Source of the DNA: an uncultured Megasphaera sp.
GTDB taxonomy: Bacteria; Bacillota; Negativicutes; Veillonellales; Megasphaeraceae
Reading direction: 5' to 3'
Assembly: GCA_934202965.1 (NCBI GenBank)
Contig: CAKPYN010000006.1
Coordinates: 37,141 to 101,140, forward strand
DNA: 64,000 nucleotides
Shown here: piece after piece, positions 28,519 through 37,260 of the stretch
How positions within the stretch are numbered: the stretch's first letter is position 1
How the letters are laid out: each line of letters begins with the position of its first letter
Notes under the pieces: model-generated
What the model saw: the letters and a program-made list of their open reading frames with translations, nothing else
Told to the model about the DNA's origin: nothing
The model's database searches: none
Translations under genes and position numbers: made by a program

Positions 28519-31098
28519 CTATTTAGCTTCTTCCCAATTTTTTCCATAATGAATATCGACAACAAGCGGAACCGACAAAGAAACAATATGTTCCATCGTA
28601 TCTTTGAGCATTGCTTGCACTTCTTCTCGTTCATCTGCCGGTACTTCCAAGACCAACTCATCGTGTACTTGTACAAGCAGCCGACTTTTTAACTGCCGTG
28701 TTTCTAATTGCTGCTGCACGGCATTCATAGCCATTTTGATAATATCAGCTGCACTGCCTTGTATCGGCGTATTCATGGCTGTCCGTTCGGCAAAAGAACG
28801 GCGTGTAAAATTTTTACTGTTAATTTCCGGTAATGCCCGGATGCGGCCAAACATCGTCTTGGCAATACCCGTTTGATGTGCTTGGGCAATTAAACCGTCC
28901 ATATAGGCATAAATGGTACTATATCGTGCAAAGTATGATTCAATATATTGTTTTGCCTGCTGCCGTGAAATCGAAATATTACGAGCCAATCCAAAATCGC
29001 TAATACCATAAATAATACCAAAATTGACGGCTTTGGCATGAGAACGCTGTTCCGGCGTAACGTCTTCCCAGGGAATACCAAAGACTTCCGAGGCCGTTCG
29101 GCGATGAATATCCTGATTTTTCAAAAAGCCATCTACCATAGTCGGATCTTGGGATAAATGGGCTAACAACCGTAACTCAATTTGTGAATAGTCACCAGAC
29201 AAAATATAGTCATATCCTTCACCTGGTACAAATAAGGAGCGAATCTTTCGGCCCTGTTCGGTACGAATAGGAATATTCTGCAAATTCGGATCCGAGCTGC
29301 TCAGACGCCCCGTTGCAGTAACCATCTGATTAAAGGACGTATAAATTCGTCCGGTTTCAGGAGAAACCAGCGGTTCCATCCCATCCAAATAGGTGGAAAT
29401 CAGTTTTTTCAACGCTCGGAACTGCAAGATCTTCGAAATCATCGGATGCTTATCCAGCAACGCGTCCAACACAGCTGAATCGGTTGAATAGCCAGTTTTT
29501 GTTTTTTTGATCACAGGCAGCTGCAGTTTTTCAAATAAAATAACGCCCAATTGTTTGGGAGAGTTAATATTGAATGTTTCACCAGCATCTTCATAAATAG
29601 CTTCTTCCAACGCATCGGCTTGTAATGATAACTCTTGTTTCATTGCCATCAGCCGCTGCATATCGACGGTAAATCCGTTCATTTCCATCACTGCCAGCGT
29701 GTGAATCAGCGGAATTTCAATTTGGTTATAGAGATCTAATAAGCCTGCTTTTTCCAACGCTTCTTTTTCTTTCGGCCAAATTTGATAAGAAGCCAAGGCA
29801 TCGCCTGCCATCCGCATGGCATCATCTTCCGTATCTTCTTGCAGCGGGACATCAAATGTTTCTGCTAAATACATCTTGCCATAAGCTGTTCGGGTCGGAT
29901 CGAGCAAATAGGCACCTAATACAATATCCTGCACCTCCATGGTCTGTTTGGTATAATGCGACAATGCTTTAGACAACCGTTTTCCATCAGTTGTAATGAC
30001 TTCTTTGGCTGTCGTAAGAGCTGTCATATAGGTATGATATTGTTCCGACGGAATGATACATACGCCTTGTTCAGATGCAATTGCCAATAACTGTATATCC
30101 GGTACGGGCACATCCTGCGTATATATCGCTTCGACAGCAACGCACTGACCGGCTAAGCTGGATGCAGGTATGGTACTAATAGATTGTATCGTTAATTGGG
30201 GCTTTGACGTTTTAACGGCCAAAGAGGAAAATCTATCAAATGCTGCAAATCGTTCTAATAAGTTTCGAAAGCCCAAACTACGGAACAGTACAGTCACATC
30301 TTCTTTGCGCGGCTGTGGTAAAAACATCTCAACGGTATACGAGATAGGTACATCACAGCGAATCGTCGCCAATTCTTTAGACAACATGGCCTTGTCCTTA
30401 TTAGCCGCTAATTTTTCCTGCAGTTTCTTTCCTTTTACATCGGCTAAATGGTCATATACGCCTTCAACACTTTGAAATTGGGTAATCAATTTTAAGGCTG
30501 TTTTTTCGCCTACACCAGGAACGCCGGGAATATTATCTGCCGTATCGCCCATCAAAGCTTTCATATCGATCACTTGTTTGGGCGTATACCCATATTCTGC
30601 CTGCATGACATCCGGCGTAACAGCCAACATGTTGGTTATGCCTTTTTTAGTTAGATGAACTGTAACCGAATCATCTACCAACTGCAAGGCATCTCTATCC
30701 CCCGTTACGACAGACACATCCAGTTTCTGTTCCATATGACGGGCAATGGTACCAATAATGTCATCCCCTTCATATCCTTCCAATTCCAAGACATGAATCC
30801 CCAAGCACGCCAAGACTTCCCGAATTAAGGCAAACTGAGGCCGCAGCTCATCCGGAGCCGGCTTGCGGGTTGCTTTATAGCCATCAAACAAATCATTGCG
30901 AAATGTATGCTTTCCCTTATCAAACGCAACAGCGACATACTGCGGTTCTAGTTGTTCATACAGCTTTAACAGCATATTTAAAAAACCATAGACGGCATTT
31001 GTCGGCTGTCCTTGACTATTTGTTAAGTGCGGAATCGCATAAAATGCACGATATAACAGACTGCTTCCATCAATAACAACTAATTTTTCTTTCATCAC
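28519..31098 (-). CDS. polA: DNA polymerase I
   Basis: 5'-nuclease N-terminus, motif A DYSQIELR, motif B RSHAKAVNFGIIYG and motif C QVHDELV. Confidence 0.97.
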   Translation of the reverse strand: MMKEKLVVIDGSSLLYRAFYAIPHLTNSQGQPTNAVYGFLNMLLKLYEQLEPQYVAVAFDKGKHTFRNDLFDGYKATRKPAPDELRPQFALIREVLACLGIHVLELEGYEGDDIIGTIARHMEQKLDVSVVTGDRDALQLVDDSVTVHLTKKGITNMLAVTPDVMQAEYGYTPKQVIDMKALMGDTADNIPGVPGVGEKTALKLITQFQSVEGVYDHLADVKGKKLQEKLAANKDKAMLSKELATIRCDVPISYTVEMFLPQPRKEDVTVLFRSLGFRNLLERFAAFDRFSSLAVKTSKPQLTIQSISTIPASSLAGQCVAVEAIYTQDVPVPDIQLLAIASEQGVCIIPSEQYHTYMTALTTAKEVITTDGKRLSKALSHYTKQTMEVQDIVLGAYLLDPTRTAYGKMYLAETFDVPLQEDTEDDAMRMAGDALASYQIWPKEKEALEKAGLLDLYNQIEIPLIHTLAVMEMNGFTVDMQRLMAMKQELSLQADALEEAIYEDAGETFNINSPKQLGVILFEKLQLPVIKKTKTGYSTDSAVLDALLDKHPMISKILQFRALKKLISTYLDGMEPLVSPETGRIYTSFNQMVTATGRLSSSDPNLQNIPIRTEQGRKIRSLFVPGEGYDYILSGDYSQIELRLLAHLSQDPTMVDGFLKNQDIHRRTASEVFGIPWEDVTPEQRSHAKAVNFGIIYGISDFGLARNISISRQQAKQYIESYFARYSTIYAYMDGLIAQAHQTGIAKTMFGRIRALPEINSKNFTRRSFAERTAMNTPIQGSAADIIKMAMNAVQQQLETRQLKSRLLVQVHDELVLEVPADEREEVQAMLKDTMEHIVSLSVPLVVDIHYGKNWEEAK

Positions 31099-31107
31099 AG
31101 CCTCCCG

Positions 31108-31512
31108 CTACCGCCGCAAAAACGATTTGACAATATTATATACGCAATACACAAGAAAAATACCTATCAAATACGGCATCGCCATAATTAAAAAGCCAAG
31201 GGCACTAACAATAATCGCCAACACGCAGAATACAATCACACCTAATGCCAATTTGACACGCCAAGATAATCCCGATGTGATAATACGGTGCATCGTACCA
31301 AGACCTTGCTGTTCCTGTTGTTGTTTATACGATTCGTTGTATACATGCTTTTGTTCTTGTACCGTCCCATCTTCTTCTATGGTCTGTCCTTGGAAACTAT
31401 CCCGTTCATGACTAGACATGACCTTTGCTTCTTCCTGCTGGGCAATACGATGGCACACTTCACATAATCCATCTGCATATACCGCTTCTCTATCACAAAA
31501 CCGACACTTCAT
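31108..31512 (-). CDS. Zinc-ribbon membrane protein (hypothetical)
   Basis: The ATG at 31512 (MKCRFCD) follows an AGGAGGA SD. CRFC...CEVC zinc ribbon, a Q/E-rich linker and two C-terminal TM segments. Confidence 0.6.
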   Translation of the reverse strand: MKCRFCDREAVYADGLCEVCHRIAQQEEAKVMSSHERDSFQGQTIEEDGTVQEQKHVYNESYKQQQEQQGLGTMHRIITSGLSWRVKLALGVIVFCVLAIIVSALGFLIMAMPYLIGIFLVYCVYNIVKSFLRR

Positions 31513-31590
31513 ATCGTTCCTCCTGTATATATCGCAGTTGTACACTGCTGTTTACTAATAGCTGTAAATTCGTATCTATTATATCATAAG

Positions 31591-31637
31591 AAAAAAACTG
31601 TGTCTTCCAATGATATCTTTGGAAAGACACAGTTTTA
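31591..31637. terminator. Terminator after htpG
   Basis: AAACTGTGTCTTCC(loop)GGAAAGACACAGTTT with flanking A and T runs. Confidence 0.8.
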
Positions 31638-31661
31638 TACTGCATAGTTACAACTCGTATA

Positions 31662-33614
31662 TTATTTTGCCATCATTTCAGCTACTTTATTGGCAAAGGC
31701 TGCCGGATCATCAGGCATAATACCTTCTAACAACAATGCCTGATCATAGAGCATCTTGCAGTAATCCTTAAATTCCGGCGTATCTTTTCCTGCTTCATGA
31801 ACAGTCTGTAATTTAGCAAACAACGGATGCTGCGGATTAATTTCCAAAATCCGGCGTGCTTTCATCATCGGGTTATCAGCTGCCGCAAAAGCCTGTTCCA
31901 TAGCCAGTGATGGACCGGCTGCATCTGCCACGAGGCATACAGCACCTGTTTTCAAACGATTGGATACACGTACATCGACAACTTGTCCATTTAGAAAATC
32001 TTTCATATCTTTTAAGAGGCCTTCATTATCTTTAGCCACATCTTCATTTTTCTTCTTTTCTTCCTTAAAAGCGTCATCTTCTAAATCCAAATCGCCGCGG
32101 CTAATTGAATGGAACTGTTTGCCATCATATTCACGAATAGCTTCTACAGCAAATTCATCTACCGGATCGGTCATGCAAAGGACTTCAATATCCCGGTCAC
32201 GAAGCATTTCCATTTGCGGCAACGCTTCAATCGCTTCTTTATCTTTGCCCGTTGCATAATAAATTTTTTTCTGACCATCTTTCATGCGGCTGACATATTC
32301 TTTTAAGGTGCAAAGTTTGCCATCTTTCGAAGACATAAAGAGCAGCAGGTCTTTCAGTTTATCGACATTATTTTCCCCTGTCATCATGCCGCTGTATACA
32401 CCGATTTTCAACGATTTGCCATATTCAGCCCAGAATTTTTCATATTTTTCACGATTTTTTTCCAAATTACGAGCTAAGGTTTTTAAAATATTCTTTTCCA
32501 GATTACGGCCAATCAGCTGTAATTCTCGGCTCTTCTGCAGCAATTCACGGGAAATATTCAGCGATAAATCCGGAGAATCGACGAGCCCTTTAACAAACCG
32601 CAAGTAATCCGGTAATAAATCTTTGCATTTATCCATAATAAAGACATGGCGTGAAAACAGCTGAATACCCGGTTCATAATCTGAATAATATAAGTTAAAC
32701 GGTGCGCTGCCTGGAATAAACAAGAGAGCTGTATAATCGACAGCCCCTTCTACGCGGGTATGGAAAATTTCCATCGGTTCATCCCATTCATAGAATTGAT
32801 GCTGGAAAAATTCTTTATATTCTTCTGGTTTAATATCGGATTTATTGCGCGTCCATAAAGGCTGCATGGAATTGAGCGTCCGTGTTTCCGTATGTTCTTC
32901 TTCCGGTGCATCTTCGATGACTTTGCCATCTTTATCTTTTGGTTTTTCTTTAGTCGTAAATTCCATCGTAATCGGATAACGGATATAATCGGAATATTTT
33001 TTCACCAAACTCTGCAGCGTCATTTTATCCGTATAATTTTCTTCCGAATCACTGCCGTAAAAATCCTTACCTAAATGCAGGATAATAGACGTGCCATGTT
33101 TAGGTTTTTCGCATTCTTCCAAGCTATACTGGCCATCACCAGCTGATTCCCATTTATACGCTTGTTTTTCGCCGGCTTTACGCGTAACAACCGTAACTGT
33201 GTCTGCTACCATGAACGCAGAATAAAAACCAACGCCGAATTGACCGATAAGGTCTTTATCCGTACTGCTGTCTGAATCTTGAGCTTCTTTTAATTTTTCC
33301 AAGAAGGCTTTTGTACCGGATTTCGCAATCGTCCCCAAGTTCTGCATCAGTTCTTCTTTATTCATGCCTAAGCCATTATCAGAAATGGTCAGCGTATGGG
33401 CTGTTTCATCCGGTGTCAAATGAATTTCAAATCCCGTATCCCCTTCGAGTAAATCACTGTTTGTTAATGACTGGTAATGTAATTTATCAATTGCATCGGA
33501 TGCGTTGGAAATTAATTCACGTAAGAAAATTTCATGATTCGTATAAATAGAATGGACCATCAAGTCCAGTAATTGTTTCGTTTCTGCTTGAAATTCAAAT
33601 GTTTCTTTTGCCAT
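31662..33614 (-). CDS. htpG: Molecular chaperone HtpG (Hsp90)
   Basis: ELISNASDAIDK and GQFGVGFYS ATPase motifs. The ATG at 33614 (MAKETFEFQ) follows an AAGGAGA SD. Confidence 0.95.
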   Translation of the reverse strand: MAKETFEFQAETKQLLDLMVHSIYTNHEIFLRELISNASDAIDKLHYQSLTNSDLLEGDTGFEIHLTPDETAHTLTISDNGLGMNKEELMQNLGTIAKSGTKAFLEKLKEAQDSDSSTDKDLIGQFGVGFYSAFMVADTVTVVTRKAGEKQAYKWESAGDGQYSLEECEKPKHGTSIILHLGKDFYGSDSEENYTDKMTLQSLVKKYSDYIRYPITMEFTTKEKPKDKDGKVIEDAPEEEHTETRTLNSMQPLWTRNKSDIKPEEYKEFFQHQFYEWDEPMEIFHTRVEGAVDYTALLFIPGSAPFNLYYSDYEPGIQLFSRHVFIMDKCKDLLPDYLRFVKGLVDSPDLSLNISRELLQKSRELQLIGRNLEKNILKTLARNLEKNREKYEKFWAEYGKSLKIGVYSGMMTGENNVDKLKDLLLFMSSKDGKLCTLKEYVSRMKDGQKKIYYATGKDKEAIEALPQMEMLRDRDIEVLCMTDPVDEFAVEAIREYDGKQFHSISRGDLDLEDDAFKEEKKKNEDVAKDNEGLLKDMKDFLNGQVVDVRVSNRLKTGAVCLVADAAGPSLAMEQAFAAADNPMMKARRILEINPQHPLFAKLQTVHEAGKDTPEFKDYCKMLYDQALLLEGIMPDDPAAFANKVAEMMAK

Positions 33615-33640
33615 AATCAGCAGTCTCCTTCTTTCCTGTA

Positions 33641-33667
33641 TTAGCACTCTCTTGGTTTGAGTGCCAG
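33641..33667. promoter_or_regulatory. CIRCE-like inverted repeat (HrcA operator) in the htpG leader
   Basis: TTAGCACTC-N9-GAGTGCCAG against the consensus TTAGCACTC-N9-GAGTGCTAA (16 of 18). It lies between the predicted -10 and the htpG start. Confidence 0.6.
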
Positions 33668-33678
33668 TCTCTGTTTAT

Positions 33679-33706
33679 ATAATACAATAAAAAGTCAAAT
33701 AGTCAA
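33679..33706 (-). promoter_or_regulatory. Putative sigma-A promoter of htpG
   Basis: Minus strand TTGACT, 16 nt, TATTAT preceded by TG. Confidence 0.45.
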
Positions 33707-33783
33707 TAGTAAAATAAAAATTAAGCGGTTTTTCATCAGTATACTGCTTTATATAGATAAAAAACCGCTCATGCTACACTATA

Positions 33784-35298
33784 TTATTTTTTGAAAACAC
33801 TCATATCCAGGCAGCTAAATCCTTGGAGCAACGTTTGTACTTGTGCTGCAATTTGCTGACAACCGCCTTGTTCTTTACTTTCTACATTCAGCGGCATATT
33901 GGGATCATGCAGAGACATACGCAATAACGCCCATCCATTAGCAAAAACAAGACGAACCCCTTCATACGATGGCTTAGCAATGGCAATGCCCGCCTTGACT
34001 GCCCGTTCTTCGAACTGCTGCAATACGGCAGCACCATATGCTTTGACATCATCGGTTCCTTGAATTTTCAGTCTGTACTCCTTACTTTCTGCCGGCTGCT
34101 TTAACTTGGCAATCAAATCGCCAATGGCTTTGCCTTCTTTCTTAGCTTTTGCTGCAGCAATCAACAATTTGACCGCCAAATACGCACCGTCATCTAAATA
34201 GTAATTTTCACGTAACGCGCCATGTCCCGATGTTTCTATGGCCAAGGGAGACACGATCCCCTGCTGATTCAACCGAATGCATTCATCAATAACATTTTTA
34301 TATCCACGCATATAGCGATGATGTACTAAATGAAGTTCATCCTGTAAAAAAGCTGTTAACTCATCAGATGTAACCGAATCCGTCACAATCGTGCTTCCCG
34401 GATACTCGGGAGCCAAAATAGCCGCCATCATAGCAATTAACGCATTGCGGTTGATTTCTTCAGCATTGGGAAGTACAGCACTCATGCGGTCTACATCGGT
34501 GTCAAAGATAAGGCCTAAATCAGCATGATGCTGCAACACGGCTTGTCGAATCGATTCCATCGCCTCTTTATTTTCCGGATTCGGTATATGATTCGGGAAC
34601 ATGCCGTCCGGTTCCAAGAACTGACTGCCCGTCGTATCAGCCCCCAACACAGCCAACACTTTATCTGCAAAGAAACCGCCGCCACCGTTACCGGCATCGA
34701 CGACAATATGCATGCCTGCCAACGGCTTACTGTTTGCATCCGCGCTAAGACCTTCTCTGATTTTCTGACACAAATGAGCTGTATATATATCTATAATATT
34801 TAAATAAGATACCGTTGATACAGGCGTACTATCTTCTGCAATCTGCGTGGCATAGGTCAATACGTCCTGCACTTCACTTTTTTCTAAGCCGCCATCTTTT
34901 GTAAAAAATTTAAGGCCATTACGATTATACGGCAAATGACTGGCTGTAATCATAATCGCTCCATCCATCTGCGTTTGCGGGAATACAATGGACATAAACA
35001 TGGCCGGTGTAGATGCTAGGCCGCAGTCGGCTATCGTAACGCCCTGTCCCTGTAAGCCTTGAAATACCGCTTGTTTCATCGTATCAGCCGAAATTCGCGA
35101 ATCATGTCCAACAGCAATACGGAGATTCTTTTGTTTTTTTCCTAATTTTTTCGCCAAAAATGCAGCAAAGCCGGCAGCAATACGATTGGCTGCTTCTGGA
35201 AATAATGTCACCGGTTCATCGGCTTTTCCAGCCACAGCCACACCGCGGACGTCACTTCCATTTTGCAATTTCATGATATCTTCATTACTAATCATCAT
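33784..35298 (-). CDS. Alpha-D-phosphohexomutase (phosphoglucomutase/phosphomannomutase family)
   Basis: Active-site TASHLPYNRNG, metal-binding FDTDVDR and sugar-binding ETSGH. Confidence 0.88.
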   Translation of the reverse strand: MMISNEDIMKLQNGSDVRGVAVAGKADEPVTLFPEAANRIAAGFAAFLAKKLGKKQKNLRIAVGHDSRISADTMKQAVFQGLQGQGVTIADCGLASTPAMFMSIVFPQTQMDGAIMITASHLPYNRNGLKFFTKDGGLEKSEVQDVLTYATQIAEDSTPVSTVSYLNIIDIYTAHLCQKIREGLSADANSKPLAGMHIVVDAGNGGGGFFADKVLAVLGADTTGSQFLEPDGMFPNHIPNPENKEAMESIRQAVLQHHADLGLIFDTDVDRMSAVLPNAEEINRNALIAMMAAILAPEYPGSTIVTDSVTSDELTAFLQDELHLVHHRYMRGYKNVIDECIRLNQQGIVSPLAIETSGHGALRENYYLDDGAYLAVKLLIAAAKAKKEGKAIGDLIAKLKQPAESKEYRLKIQGTDDVKAYGAAVLQQFEERAVKAGIAIAKPSYEGVRLVFANGWALLRMSLHDPNMPLNVESKEQGGCQQIAAQVQTLLQGFSCLDMSVFKK

Positions 35299-35438
35299 AC
35301 ATCCTCCTCATGATAAGCTATACATCTTCATTATGTATTATGGTACTGGAAAATGCACAGAATTACAAGCAGAATGTATGACCGCAGTACGCAATTATGA
35401 TATACTTAAACCAATCTTTGTGATTGAGGTGATAAAGT

Positions 35439-36317
35439 ATGCTGCATTCCTTCGCTTCCAAGGAGCACCACGCGAAACTTTCCTTGGTATCGGCTATGCT
35501 TATTTTTGGTACTATCGGTCTTTTCGTCCGTTATATACCCCTGCCTTCTTCGTGCATCGCCTTTGCTCGCGGTTTTATTGGCACGTTGTTTATTATTGGA
35601 TTTCTTCTGATTAAAAAGACACCTATTTCTTGGACAGCTATTCGCCAAAACATAGGCCGTTTGATTCTCAGCGGCATTTTTATTGGCTTTAACTGGATTT
35701 TTTTATTCGAAGCTTATCGCTATACGTCCGTTGCTGTGGCCACACTTTGCTACTACATGGCTCCGGTTATTGTTATCATAGCTTCACCGATGGTTTTAAA
35801 AGAACGACTAACGGTATATAAGCTGTTTTGCGTTATAGTAGCACTGATTGGCATGGTACTTGTATCTGGTGCCGGACAAGAAACAGAAATGAACAATCTG
35901 ACTGGTGTGTATTTTGGCTTAGGAGCCGCCGTGCTCTATGCATCCATTATTATACTGAATAAAAAATTTTCTTCCATTGCTGCCTATGATAAGACCATCA
36001 TGCAATTAGGCATTGCTTCAATCGTTCTTCTCCCGTATGTTTGGGCAACAGAAGATATATCGACAATGACCCTTTCTCCCTTGGGTATCGGATTACTCTT
36101 ATTTCTCGGTATCATTCATACAGGCTTTGCCTATACATTATATTTTGGCTCATTACCCTGCTTACGCGGACAAACGATTGCTTTGCTTAGTTACTTAGAT
36201 CCTATTTTTGCTGTTTTTCTTTCCGCTTTTGTACTTCATGAGCCATTATCTTTTTTCGGTATACTAGGTGCTATTTTAGTCCTAGGTTCTACATGTCTAA
36301 GCGAATTAAAAAAATAA
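35439..36317 (+). CDS. DMT-superfamily (EamA-type) transporter
   Basis: About 10 TM segments. A GAGGTGA SD precedes the ATG. Confidence 0.8.
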   Translation: MLHSFASKEHHAKLSLVSAMLIFGTIGLFVRYIPLPSSCIAFARGFIGTLFIIGFLLIKKTPISWTAIRQNIGRLILSGIFIGFNWIFLFEAYRYTSVAVATLCYYMAPVIVIIASPMVLKERLTVYKLFCVIVALIGMVLVSGAGQETEMNNLTGVYFGLGAAVLYASIIILNKKFSSIAAYDKTIMQLGIASIVLLPYVWATEDISTMTLSPLGIGLLLFLGIIHTGFAYTLYFGSLPCLRGQTIALLSYLDPIFAVFLSAFVLHEPLSFFGILGAILVLGSTCLSELKK

Positions 36318-36350
36318 ACAAATTTTTACATAAACAGGAGGAAACATACG

Positions 36351-37172
36351 ATGTCTACCTATAAAATTATTGCCTGCGATATGGATGAAACATTGCTCAG
36401 CAGCGATGCTTCCATTTGTCAGCGCAATATTGACGTCATTCAACAAGCTATACGTCAAGGTGTTAAATTTGTGCCTTGCACAGGCAGAGGATTTCGCTCT
36501 GTGGAAGGAGTACTAAAAATACTGGGCTTATGTAACAAAAAAAAACAGTATGTCATCGGGTTTAACGGTGCCAGCATTACAGAAAACAAAGGATATCGCT
36601 CTTTATTTTGGGATCCTATTCCTTTTGACTTAGCCAATCGGATTTATCAAAAAGGTGTAACTTACGGCATGTGCATGCATATCTACACGCGTGACAACGT
36701 ATATATTCGCGCCATAACGCCAGATGAAAAAGCCTTTTTATATGGCCGTATGGCATATATCCCTACAGAAGAAACAACGCTTGATTTCATCCGTAATAAA
36801 GAAGAAGTGTGCAAGTTGATTATTATGAATACAGACGATGAGGTCCTGCAAAAAATTCATCGAGAAATGCAGCCTTTACTAAGCGATATTACGGTCAGTT
36901 TCTCCAGTAATCGATATATCGAATTTATGCATCGAGGCGTCACGAAGGGCGTAGGTCTATTGACATTAGCCCAACTTCTCCACGTCAAACCAGAAGAAAC
37001 GATGGCTATTGGCGACAATATCAACGATATCGAAATGCTCAAAGCTGCTGGATTGAGCGTTGGCGTTCACAACTTAAGCCCCATCATTCGTCCCTATTGC
37101 GATGTCATCACCAATGCCACCAATAATGAAGGTGCCGTAGCTGAAGCGATTGAACGATTTGTATTAGTCTGA
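36351..37172 (+). CDS. Cof-type HAD-IIB phosphatase
   Basis: Motif I IACDMDETLL and motif IV GDNINDIEMLKAAG. Confidence 0.88.
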   Translation: MSTYKIIACDMDETLLSSDASICQRNIDVIQQAIRQGVKFVPCTGRGFRSVEGVLKILGLCNKKKQYVIGFNGASITENKGYRSLFWDPIPFDLANRIYQKGVTYGMCMHIYTRDNVYIRAITPDEKAFLYGRMAYIPTEETTLDFIRNKEEVCKLIIMNTDDEVLQKIHREMQPLLSDITVSFSSNRYIEFMHRGVTKGVGLLTLAQLLHVKPEETMAIGDNINDIEMLKAAGLSVGVHNLSPIIRPYCDVITNATNNEGAVAEAIERFVLV

Positions 37173-37204
37173 GTATTCGCTGTACTCCTCACTCTCAACT
37201 ACAT

Positions 37205-37252
37205 ATAAAAAAAGATGTTTGCTCTCCACCTAGAGAACAAACATCTTTTTTT
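37205..37252. terminator. Bidirectional terminator between the convergent Cof and P-type ATPase genes
   Basis: AAAGATGTTTGCTCT(loop)AGAGAACAAACATCTTT flanked by A7 and T7 runs. Confidence 0.85.
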
Positions 37253-37260
37253 ATATTGCA

